In this document: positions 1-7,591 of the stretch, in pieces
Layout of the letters: every line of letters begins with the position of its first letter
Position numbering within the stretch: the stretch's first letter is position 1
Assembly (NCBI GenBank): GCA_016927685.1
Contig: JAFGMD010000024.1
Location: 7,314-71,313 of the forward strand
DNA from: Candidatus Falkowbacteria bacterium
GTDB taxonomy: Bacteria; Patescibacteriota; Patescibacteriia; CAIXNZ01
DNA length: 64,000 nt
Reading direction: 5' to 3'
Notes under the pieces: model-generated
What the model was told of the DNA's origin: nothing
Seen by the model: the letters and a program-made list of their open reading frames with translations, nothing else
The model's database searches: none
Made by a program: the position numbers and the translations under genes

Positions 1-655
1 AAAGTAGTGCATCTTGCTTAACTTGGGCCAAATTAACCATCATGCGAGCTAGCTTTGGAGGAAGCATTCCTGAAACATCGTCTCGGCTTGGCCTGGCATA
101 ATCCCTGGCGCCAAATTCCTCAAAAAGCTGGACTGCCAGTGTTTGCCCAATGATTATTTCGCTATCTTTAGCAAAAAAGCATATTTCTGCCCCATTTTCC
201 AGCAACTTATTCTTCTTCACAATAACCGAAGAAAGCTCTAAATCTCTGCTTGTTACCCAGCGAGAATTGATATTTTTCTCTTCTCTTAGCTTTCTTTTTA
301 TCTCCATAGCCACTGGCTCTAATTTCCTGGAAAGTTGCTTTAAGGGAGTTTTTAGCCCTAAATTATATAAACTAAAGCCAAAATAGACCTTTCCTTCGCC
401 AAATTTTACCAAATTAAAGAATTTATCTTCAAAATTTTCTAAGGTTTCAACTTTACCCAAAATTTTGCCAATCTTAACAGTCCCGCCCAAACGATTATTC
501 AGCCAATTCACATCAAACTCTTTTTCTGTTTCAATAATCAAAATATTATTACTATAATCAGTAATCTTAAATCTTATATCTTGTAAAGCAAAAACCGCCT
601 CGATTTCAGCTTTTGATAATATTGGATTTTTACCTAGAATAAAAAAGTATTGCAT
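1..655 (-). CDS. Partial gene (C-terminus beyond window start): putative RNA methyltransferase, Trm11/COG1041-like with THUMP-like N-terminal region
   Basis: Minus-strand ORF starting ATG at 655 (MQYFFILGKNPILSKAEIEAVFALQDIRF...) and running off the window. Motif ...SGMLPPKLARMMVNLAQ resembles the conserved KLAR.MVNLA element preceding the SAM-binding fold of Trm11-type N2-G MTases. Absent from the ORF track because no stop lies in the window. Confidence 0.4.
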   Translation of the reverse strand, partial: MQYFFILGKNPILSKAEIEAVFALQDIRFKITDYSNNILIIETEKEFDVNWLNNRLGGTVKIGKILGKVETLENFEDKFFNLVKFGEGKVYFGFSLYNLGLKTPLKQLSRKLEPVAMEIKRKLREEKNINSRWVTSRDLELSSVIVKKNKLLENGAEICFFAKDSEIIIGQTLAVQLFEEFGARDYARPSRDDVSGMLPPKLARMMVNLAQVKQDALL

Positions 656-674
656 AAGTGTATTATAACATAAT

Positions 675-701
675 AAAAAAGCCCCAGGATTTCCCGAGGC
701 T
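675..701 (-). terminator. Putative intrinsic terminator downstream of 718..1299 gene
   Basis: Minus-strand RNA agccucgggaaauccuggggcu forms an 8-bp stem (two G.U pairs) followed by UUUUUU. Confidence 0.4.
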
Positions 702-717
702 ATAATAGTAAAATCTG

Positions 718-1299
718 TCAATAAATATGTGCTCGAAGCAATTTAATTCTGGTTGGATGTCTAAGCTTTCTCAAGGCCTTATCCCTAATTTGGCCTATCC
801 GAGTATGTGAAACATGAAATATTTCGCCAACTTCCTGCAAGGATTTTTCTTCATAACCATCAAGGCCATATAAATACTTGAGTACTTGCTCTTCTCTGGG
901 CGCAAGAAGAGAAAGGGCCTCAGCTAATGATTGTTTAAATTCCTCCTCAATAATATCTTTTTCGGGATCGCTCGGCGCAGATAATTGTTTTAATTCACTC
1001 ATGGAAGGCAGCTGCGAAAATGAAATCTCCCAAATTCTTTCAGGCTGCTTTATTTTATATAAAGCTGGGGGAAAAAGCATATCCGGTGTCATCCGAAAAA
1101 TTTTTGCTATTTTTTCACAGGTGACTGAGTATGACTTATTTCTTGCAAGTGGCGACCGTTTTAAATTAAGCAGGCCCCCCACGCTACTCTGACAAAGCTT
1201 ATACTTTCTGCAAAATGACGCTACTGACTTGAACCTGTCAAAAATAGCGTGATACAAAATATTATTCCGCAATCGTGCCTCAACTCTTATTTCTTTCAT
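718..1299 (-). CDS. Sigma-70 region-4 (HTH) domain protein; possible atypical sigma/transcription factor
   Basis: C-terminal LSLLAPREEQVLKYLYGLDGYEEKSLQEVGEIFHVSHTRIGQIRDKALRKLRH is a classic sigma70 region 4.2 HTH. RBS aaggagggg upstream and a TTGACA-like -35 at 1359-1364. Confidence 0.6.
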   Translation of the reverse strand: MKEIRVEARLRNNILYHAIFDRFKSVASFCRKYKLCQSSVGGLLNLKRSPLARNKSYSVTCEKIAKIFRMTPDMLFPPALYKIKQPERIWEISFSQLPSMSELKQLSAPSDPEKDIIEEEFKQSLAEALSLLAPREEQVLKYLYGLDGYEEKSLQEVGEIFHVSHTRIGQIRDKALRKLRHPTRIKLLRAHIY

Positions 1300-1364
1300 T
1301 ATTTCCCCTCCTTAAATTTAATGAACTGATGTATTACCTTAGCTTATTTATTTACTTTTGTCAA

Positions 1365-1397
1365 TAAAAAAACCGCCAGACATTTCTGTGTGGCGGT
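1365..1397 (-). terminator. Intrinsic terminator of 1413..1817 gene
   Basis: Hairpin ccgcca...tggcgg (1372-1397) with a T-run on the minus strand (A-run 1365-1371 on plus). Confidence 0.5.
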
Positions 1398-1412
1398 TGA
1401 AGTTAATTTTTT

Positions 1413-1817
1413 CTAAGGCGATACAATCATACAAGCTTCACGGCCGATGTTGTTGCTGTATCCGTAAAAGACACATTTAAATTTGACCTGGCGCCCCGGC
1501 ACAAGATAGCGATAACTGGGATCAGTTACATTAGTGAGTACCGGGAACATACCATTGCCAACGATGACCTTAATGACCTGAACGGAACTATTGCGGTCAA
1601 TAATTTCCGGTTGGCCCACTATCGTCCCTGTGCCTTCATGGATGATACGGGTGGTGAGCGATAAATTTTCTTTTTGCTGCTGATTGTTTTTTTCTCCATT
1701 TCCAATTACAGCAAAGAGAAAAAGCACGATGACGAGAAGAACACCTCCACCGCCGAACAGGTATCCAAACCATGTTATTGTCTGTAGATTTTTGGCTTCT
1801 TTAACCGGATTATTCAT
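1413..1817 (-). CDS. Hypothetical N-terminally membrane-anchored protein
   Basis: 134-aa ORF with a single N-terminal TM segment (FGYLFGGGGVLLVIVLFLFAVIG). TTGACA -35 just upstream (revcomp of ttgtcaata at ~1935). Confidence 0.55.
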   Translation of the reverse strand: MNNPVKEAKNLQTITWFGYLFGGGGVLLVIVLFLFAVIGNGEKNNQQQKENLSLTTRIIHEGTGTIVGQPEIIDRNSSVQVIKVIVGNGMFPVLTNVTDPSYRYLVPGRQVKFKCVFYGYSNNIGREACMIVSP

Positions 1818-1983
1818 TTTTACCCTCCATTTTTCGCTAATTTTAGAATATTTATAAAACTTACCTATATTTCCAAATATCTATAAAGATCAATTATGTC
1901 TATAAGCATAGCATATTTTAACAATTTTGTCAATATTTATTATAAAAAAACCGCCAGGCATTGCTACCCAGCGGCTGTAATTA

Positions 1984-2670
1984 TTATTCACGAATAACGG
2001 CCCATTGAAGAAAATTCTGCCCGTCTTCGTAAAGAATCATGTATAATTTCAAATTTTTCTGTTTAGTCAAATCATTGTCCCTAAAACCACAATCAGAATT
2101 ATCAGGGGCCATAAAAGCCTCAATCTGCTCGGTCTTACCGTCAGAAACCTTGCTTTCCACGAAAACAAGGTATGGATCAATACCATCAAACCCCTCTGCT
2201 TCAATACCCCACATAACTCCTTGGACCTTAATAATTTCTCCTACGCGATCCTGATGGAGGTCAGTGACTTCGTACCAAGTGCTACCAGTGAAGTAAAAAC
2301 CTTCTTTCATGTTGCAGCCTCTGACTTCAACCTTTCTGGCCACTCGGCCTAGGCTGTAATTAACCAGCGTGTTGTTGTACCACTGCACATTCTGATATTC
2401 AACATGGTCGCCATTTTTAATGTTCTCGCTCATAGATACCAAAGCACCCCAGGTGCAGTTGTCGGTCGAGCAGTCAGCTGCGTCATTGGGTCTGATTCTC
2501 ACTACCCCAATCTGACCGTTAATATTGACTGGACCTTCCACTACCACGCCCATACCCTCATGTTTGGGCCAGGATTGATCATTGATGAGCGTCAGTTTGC
2601 CTCCGCCTTGGTCGCAGGAAGCCAAAATAGCTAAGAAAAATATTACCACGGAAATTTGCCTCAAGCTCAT
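1984..2670 (-). CDS. Hypothetical lipoprotein
   Basis: Signal peptide with canonical lipobox (FFLAILASC) and a Cys-containing secreted domain. -35 TTGACA upstream (revcomp of tgtcaa 2731-2736). Confidence 0.6.
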   Translation of the reverse strand: MSLRQISVVIFFLAILASCDQGGGKLTLINDQSWPKHEGMGVVVEGPVNINGQIGVVRIRPNDAADCSTDNCTWGALVSMSENIKNGDHVEYQNVQWYNNTLVNYSLGRVARKVEVRGCNMKEGFYFTGSTWYEVTDLHQDRVGEIIKVQGVMWGIEAEGFDGIDPYLVFVESKVSDGKTEQIEAFMAPDNSDCGFRDNDLTKQKNLKLYMILYEDGQNFLQWAVIRE

Positions 2671-2740
2671 GACATGTCCTCCTCTTTTTTAAAGAATTTA
2701 TCTATTAATATATCAAGCTTTTTAATTTTTGTCAATAAGG

Positions 2741-2769
2741 TTGACATAATTATTTTCTTTTGCTAAGAT
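2741..2769 (+). promoter_or_regulatory. Sigma70-type promoter (TTGACA-17-TAAGAT) driving a non-coding transcript
   Basis: -35 TTGACA 2741-2746, 17-nt spacer, -10 TAAGAT 2764-2769. No ORF follows before the terminator at 2912-2935. Confidence 0.5.
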
Positions 2770-2776
2770 AAGAACA

Positions 2777-2935
2777 CAACATTAAAAACACTATTCCACT
2801 CCGCTCTGCGGGGATAAATGAAACCTTAGAGGTTTCAATGGTGCGATTTTACAGCATAGAGTTATGAGCAACTGCAAGAGTATTCTTGCTAGCGTCTCTT
2901 GCTCTTGCTCCAAATCCCGCCATGGGATTTTTTTA
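2777..2935 (+). ncRNA. Candidate small RNA or cis-acting leader (~160 nt) with its own promoter and intrinsic terminator
   Basis: Several perfect hairpins (ccgctctgcgggg; gaaaccttagaggtttc; gcaagag...ctcttgc) ending in aaatcccgccatgggattt + TTTTTTT (2912-2935). Lies between a divergent lipoprotein gene and rpsF. Confidence 0.4.
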
Positions 2936-2949
2936 ATATAATAATAGAA

Positions 2950-3005
2950 TTTTAGAATTATAGAGTTATAGTACTATAACGCTGCAATCTATAACGCTAT
3001 AACAC
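2950..3005 (+). promoter_or_regulatory. Palindrome-containing element upstream of rpsF (shared with the ruvB upstream region)
   Basis: 14-bp perfect palindrome TTATAGTACTATAA at 2966-2979 plus direct repeats CTATAACGCT x2. Same element, same orientation relative to the gene, at 55991-56050. Confidence 0.5.
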
Positions 3006-3037
3006 TTATCAAATTAACAATATATAACAAACTAACT

Positions 3038-3517
3038 ATGAGACTAGAACACTATGAAATTCTTTACATTCTGCCCATGTCTTATACTGCAGAAGAAGTA
3101 AAGCCAATCACAAAAAAAGTCGCTGAATTAATTAAAACAAACGGCGGCACCATAACTAAAGAACAGGATTTAGACAAGCAAAAATTTGCCTATCCGATTA
3201 AAGGCCAAAGTCATGGCTACTATTTTCTTTATGAATTTAATTTAACTACTGATAAATTAATTGGCCTAAATCGTGCCTTACAATTAACTAACGAGGTTTT
3301 AAGATTTATTATTGTTAAGAAACAAGTTAAAACAGAAGAGCAATTAAAACAAGAGGCAAAAATTCAGGAAAAAATTGCAGCCAAACGAGAAAAAGAAAAA
3401 ACTGAAGAAGCAAAGGAAGAAAAAGTTAGCAAAGAAAAAGCCAAACCTAAAATTAGCTTGGAAGATCTGGATAAAAAACTGGATGAAATTTTGGGTGACA
3501 CGAAAGAAATGCTATAA
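3038..3517 (+). CDS. rpsF: 30S ribosomal protein S6 with Lys/Glu-rich C-terminal extension
   Basis: MRLEHYEILYILPMSYTAEEV...YPIKGQSHGYYFLYEF is S6-like, and the gene has the conserved rpsF-ssb-rpsR neighbourhood. Confidence 0.9.
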   Translation: MRLEHYEILYILPMSYTAEEVKPITKKVAELIKTNGGTITKEQDLDKQKFAYPIKGQSHGYYFLYEFNLTTDKLIGLNRALQLTNEVLRFIIVKKQVKTEEQLKQEAKIQEKIAAKREKEKTEEAKEEKVSKEKAKPKISLEDLDKKLDEILGDTKEML

Positions 3518-3697
3518 AATATAAGAGCTATAAGAAAAAAATGAGCTAAGGGATTATAGGAAAATAGGAAAATGCGCACACCTTTCAACTCTTAAGCCCA
3601 TGGTCCTTTCGCTCCTATAAACCATATAGTTCCTATAGCTCCTGTAAATAATTTATAAGTTTACTTAATTTAATTAAACTAAATTAACCAAAATTAT

Positions 3698-4162
3698 ATG
3701 AATTTAAACAAAGTCATGATCATTGGCAATCTTACCCGGGATCCTGAAGTAAGATCGACACCACAAGGGGCTTCAGTTGTTAGTTTTTCAGTTGCCACAA
3801 ATTTCGGTTGGACAGATGCTAATGGGCAAAGGCAAGAAAAGGCTGAATACCATAATGTGGTGGCTTGGAGAAAATTAGCTGAGATTATTGGCCAGTATCT
3901 AAGAAAGGGGAGCAAAGTTTATATTGAAGGCAGATTGCAGACCAGAGATTGGGTCGGACAAGATGGAGTTAAAAAATACAGAACAGAGATTGTTGCTGAA
4001 AATATGATAATGCTTGATCGGCCAGGCGATCGCTCAACTTCTACTCATTCTCCCGCTCCCGCTACTGATATTCCTGTCATTGAAGAAGAAACAGCACCGG
4101 CTTTGAAAAAGGAAACAGAAACCGACAGTGACGAAATTAAGTTGGAAGACATACCTTTTTAA
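3698..4162 (+). CDS. ssb: Single-stranded DNA-binding protein
   Basis: OB-fold motifs (MNLNKVMIIGNLTRDPEVR...YHNVVAWRKLAE) and an acidic C-terminal tail ending DIPF. Confidence 0.9.
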   Translation: MNLNKVMIIGNLTRDPEVRSTPQGASVVSFSVATNFGWTDANGQRQEKAEYHNVVAWRKLAEIIGQYLRKGSKVYIEGRLQTRDWVGQDGVKKYRTEIVAENMIMLDRPGDRSTSTHSPAPATDIPVIEEETAPALKKETETDSDEIKLEDIPF

Positions 4163-4205
4163 TTAAATTTTTAAACTAAATTATTTAAAATTTATTAATA
4201 TTTTT

Positions 4206-4457
4206 ATGATTAAAAGAAATCCCAGAGCCCATCAGCAAAACTCTCAGGAAAAAATAGCCAAAGAATGCTATTTCTGCCAAAACGGCATTAATGACATTGA
4301 TTATAAGGACGGCCAATTTTTAAGACGCTGGCTATCTTCATATAGCAAAATTGTACCTCGACGCCGCAGTGGTGTTTGTACGAAACATCAAAGAAAATTA
4401 GCTCAAGCTATTAAACGCGCCCGCTATATGTCATTAATTCCTTATTGCCCTCGCTAG
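4206..4457 (+). CDS. rpsR: 30S ribosomal protein S18
   Basis: CYFCQ...IDYKD...LRRWLS...RRRSGVCTKHQRKLAQAIKRAR is an S18 signature. Confidence 0.9.
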   Translation: MIKRNPRAHQQNSQEKIAKECYFCQNGINDIDYKDGQFLRRWLSSYSKIVPRRRSGVCTKHQRKLAQAIKRARYMSLIPYCPR

Positions 4458-4498
4458 GTTTTATAGCTTAATACCTTAAAAACTTTCAACTAAAAAAT

Positions 4499-5062
4499 AT
4501 GCTTTCAAGCTTAAATGAAATAAAAAAAGGTCTTAGTATTAATTTTAATAATGAACCATACATAGTTTTAGAAGCTAACTTTGTTAGAATGCAGCAAAGA
4601 AAACCAGTTATGCAAACAAAATTGCGCAATTTAATAACAGGTAAGGTTTTAGAATATTCTTTCAAGCAAGGCGAGCGAGTTGAAGAAGCTGATTTGCAAA
4701 GAGGCACGGCTAATTTTTTATATAAAGATGAAAAGTTTGCTAATTTTATGGATAATAAAAGCTATGAACAATTTGCCATACCCCTGGAAGTTCTGGGAGA
4801 AAAAATAAAATTTTTAAAAGAGGGGACTGGATGCGATGTGCTTTATTACGAAAATAATCCAGTCAATGTTGATATACCGATTAAAATTACTCTTAAAGTT
4901 ATTACAGCGCCTCCCGGCGTTAAGGGCGATACTGCCAGTAACGTCACCAAACAAGTTACTTTGGAAACTGGCGCAATTATAAATGCTCCTCTTTTTATCA
5001 AGGAAGGCGAAAATATAGTTGTAAATACTGAAACAGGCACTTATGTAGAACGCGCTAATTAA
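4499..5062 (+). CDS. efp: Elongation factor P
   Basis: Length 187 aa, EF-P three-domain pattern, C-terminal APLFIKEGENIVVNTETGTYVER. Confidence 0.8.
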   Translation: MLSSLNEIKKGLSINFNNEPYIVLEANFVRMQQRKPVMQTKLRNLITGKVLEYSFKQGERVEEADLQRGTANFLYKDEKFANFMDNKSYEQFAIPLEVLGEKIKFLKEGTGCDVLYYENNPVNVDIPIKITLKVITAPPGVKGDTASNVTKQVTLETGAIINAPLFIKEGENIVVNTETGTYVERAN

Positions 5063-5085
5063 AACTCTGCTTATATAAAAAAAAT

Positions 5086-5116
5086 CGGCTTTGTTTTTCC
5101 AAGGCCGGTTTTTTTA
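5086..5116 (+). terminator. Intrinsic terminator after efp
   Basis: Hairpin cggctttg...caaggccg followed by TTTTTTT. Confidence 0.55.
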
Positions 5117-5117
5117 T

Positions 5118-5149
5118 AAAAAACCCCGTTTCATTTTCATGAAACGGGG
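5118..5149 (-). terminator. Intrinsic terminator after the 5160..5738 gene (back-to-back with the efp terminator)
   Basis: Perfect hairpin ccccgtttcat/atgaaacgggg, with an A-run on plus that is a U-run on minus. Confidence 0.6.
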
Positions 5150-5159
5150 TTATAATCGT

Positions 5160-5738
5160 TTATATGCTGCCTCCCCAGCAATATCTAGAAGCATTCCATT
5201 TCCAAATATTGCCAGATTGGATCTGTTCAATAGCCCATTTTGTTGCGCAATCAATGTCAAGAGCGCATTCTTTTGTCACTTCAGGATTATGGCGTAAATT
5301 AATTTGCCACAATCCGTAATCACGGCTGGACCAATTGATCGCGTCGGGCCTCCAACTGCTTTCGCATTTGATTATTCTTTTCAGTAAATGAACATTTTTA
5401 TATTCAGCTTCTTCAGCAAGCTGCATGACCAATTGTTCTATCTCGCTAGAACAAACTCTGGTTTTCCCCGATGTTTTTTTTGGCCGTTTGACTTCGACAA
5501 CCGCTTTTGGACTTTCTGGAAGTTTAATTATTATTTTGCTATAAGGAATCTGTTTTCCGTCTGGCATCTCCACATAAACATCAGACATAATGTCTGATAC
5601 CTCTGCTGATTTTTCATTTATTCTGTCCTCATTGCCACGAAGATGCATGACTACGCATAGGGAAGCAAAAAATACAATTAACATTATTTCAATCGAAAAA
5701 ATTTTCCAAAAAATCCTATTACCATCTTTTCTTGTCAT
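5160..5738 (-). CDS. Membrane-anchored lytic transglycosylase-like (SLT/lysozyme-like) protein
   Basis: N-terminal TM, and a C-terminal CESSWRPDAINWSSRDYGLWQIN block resembling the SLT-domain catalytic region. Confidence 0.55.
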   Translation of the reverse strand: MTRKDGNRIFWKIFSIEIMLIVFFASLCVVMHLRGNEDRINEKSAEVSDIMSDVYVEMPDGKQIPYSKIIIKLPESPKAVVEVKRPKKTSGKTRVCSSEIEQLVMQLAEEAEYKNVHLLKRIIKCESSWRPDAINWSSRDYGLWQINLRHNPEVTKECALDIDCATKWAIEQIQSGNIWKWNASRYCWGGSI

Positions 5739-5885
5739 AGAACCCTCCTTTGTGCTTCCGGTTTATCCTCTTTATCCCACCAACCCTATAATATTTCAAA
5801 TAATACAATATCTTATCAAATTATTTTGTTTTTGTCAATATAAAACCCTTCGATTAAGAAGGGTTTTATTATATTATTTTTATTT

Positions 5886-6929
5886 TTAAGCATTTTCTTC
5901 TTCGCCGGACTCTACTTTTTCCCAAATATCTTTTTTAATGGATTTTATTGCTTTTGGATTTTCCCTTACAAATTGCTTGGCATTTTCCCGGCCTACGCCC
6001 AATTTAATTTCACCTTCTTTTTTATCTTCATAAATATAAGTATTGCCTGATTTTTTTATGATTCCAAAATTTACACCAGTATCCAGAACATCGCCGGCAA
6101 TAGAGATGCCTTCGTTGTATAAAATATCAAATTCGCAGGTGCGAAACGGGGGAGCGACTTTATTTTTCACGATTTTAGTTTTTACCCTATTGCCGATAAA
6201 CTTTTCTCCTTGCTTTATTTGCGCTGATCTGCGCACTTCGATTCGCACAGATGAATAAAATTTTAAAGCCGTGCCGCCTGTTGTTGTTTCAGGATTGCCG
6301 AAAAATACGCCGATTTTTTGCCTTGTCTGGTTTATAAAAATTAGAATTGTTTTTGATTTACTGATAATACCGGCCAATTTTCTTAGTGCTTGACTCATTA
6401 AACGCGCCTGCAACGCCATATGCTGTTCTCCCATTTCTCCTTCTATTTCAGCTTTAGGCGTTAAGGCAGCCACTGAATCGACCACTATTACATCCACGCC
6501 ATTAGAACGCACTAGTGTTTCCACAATATCTAAGGCCTGTTCGCCTGTGTCTGGTTGTGAAATCAAAAGCTCGTCTATATTAACTCCGATTTTTTTGGCA
6601 TAGTCCGGATCTAAAGCGTGTTCGGCATCAACAAAAGCCGCTAACCCGCCTTGCTTTTGCACCTCAGCTACAATGTGCTGAGCTAAAGTAGTTTTTCCAG
6701 AAGCTTCGGGGCCAAAAATCTCAATTATTCTGCCGCGCGGTACGCCACCCACGCCCAAAGCAATATCTAAAGACAAACAACCAGTTGAAATTGCTTCAAC
6801 CTGCATAGCTTTGGCTTCGCCAAGCTTCATAATAGCTCCGTCGCCAAATTTTTCTTTAATTTGTGAAATAGCTGTTTCAGCCGCCCTTTCTCTTTCCTGC
6901 TCTTCCCCCTTATCATTCCTTTTATCCAT
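5886..6929 (-). CDS. recA: Recombinase RecA
   Basis: Walker [14 protein letters not shown], the L1/L2 region and the whole-length RecA pattern. Confidence 0.95.
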   Translation of the reverse strand: MDKRNDKGEEQERERAAETAISQIKEKFGDGAIMKLGEAKAMQVEAISTGCLSLDIALGVGGVPRGRIIEIFGPEASGKTTLAQHIVAEVQKQGGLAAFVDAEHALDPDYAKKIGVNIDELLISQPDTGEQALDIVETLVRSNGVDVIVVDSVAALTPKAEIEGEMGEQHMALQARLMSQALRKLAGIISKSKTILIFINQTRQKIGVFFGNPETTTGGTALKFYSSVRIEVRRSAQIKQGEKFIGNRVKTKIVKNKVAPPFRTCEFDILYNEGISIAGDVLDTGVNFGIIKKSGNTYIYEDKKEGEIKLGVGRENAKQFVRENPKAIKSIKKDIWEKVESGEEENA

Positions 6930-6950
6930 AATATTTGGTTAAATTATTAA

Positions 6951-7574
6951 TTACTGCACTAAAACTTCCCTGTAAATTATATTTTCTTTGCTATGTTTTT
7001 TTGATGCTGATATTTTAATGGTATTTAAACCTTTTTGCAAATCTAATGTCGCCTTAAACTCCCCCTTGCTGCCAATGTAAATTTCTTTGTCGTTTATAAA
7101 GACTCTGGCTTCTTTTTCCGTAAAACCCTTAACTTCAATAAAATTTTGTAAAATTGTTATATTTTTATCTGGCTGATAAACTTCAAGTTTTGGCGCGATA
7201 AAAATATTATTTATCTGAAATCCTAAATATATAGCTAGAGCCAAAATTACCAAGCCAATAACAATATAACGAAATATTTGTGGCGTAATATATACTCTAG
7301 TTTTCTTTTGCTCTTTTATTACATTTCCCGTGATTTCACCGCGGTTCTCTTGGTAAAGATTTAGTAATTTATTGTAATCTAATGACAAGTAATCGGCATA
7401 TGTCTTTATAATATTTCTCACATAAAGATCCTCTGGCAAAATATCATATTTATCATTTTCTATGGCCTGCAGCATGCGCTGGCTTATTTTAATGTCTTTT
7501 TCTACTTGTTCAATTCTTAAACGGGCTTCTTCGCGATATCTTTTGAAAACTTGTCCCAGTGTTTCTTCTTTCAT
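6951..7574 (-). CDS. RodZ-like HTH-domain membrane protein
   Basis: N-terminal XRE-type HTH (LGQVFKRYREEARLRIEQVEKDIKISQRMLQAIEND), a central TM and a C-terminal beta-rich domain, which is RodZ architecture. Confidence 0.55.
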   Translation of the reverse strand: MKEETLGQVFKRYREEARLRIEQVEKDIKISQRMLQAIENDKYDILPEDLYVRNIIKTYADYLSLDYNKLLNLYQENRGEITGNVIKEQKKTRVYITPQIFRYIVIGLVILALAIYLGFQINNIFIAPKLEVYQPDKNITILQNFIEVKGFTEKEARVFINDKEIYIGSKGEFKATLDLQKGLNTIKISASKKHSKENIIYREVLVQ

Positions 7575-7591
7575 ATTAATTTATTATTTCA

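Noticed and set aside
150-386. Plus-strand ORF (78 aa) from the ORF track
   Set aside because: It lies inside the better-supported minus-strand methyltransferase gene (1..655) and has no RBS or recognisable features.
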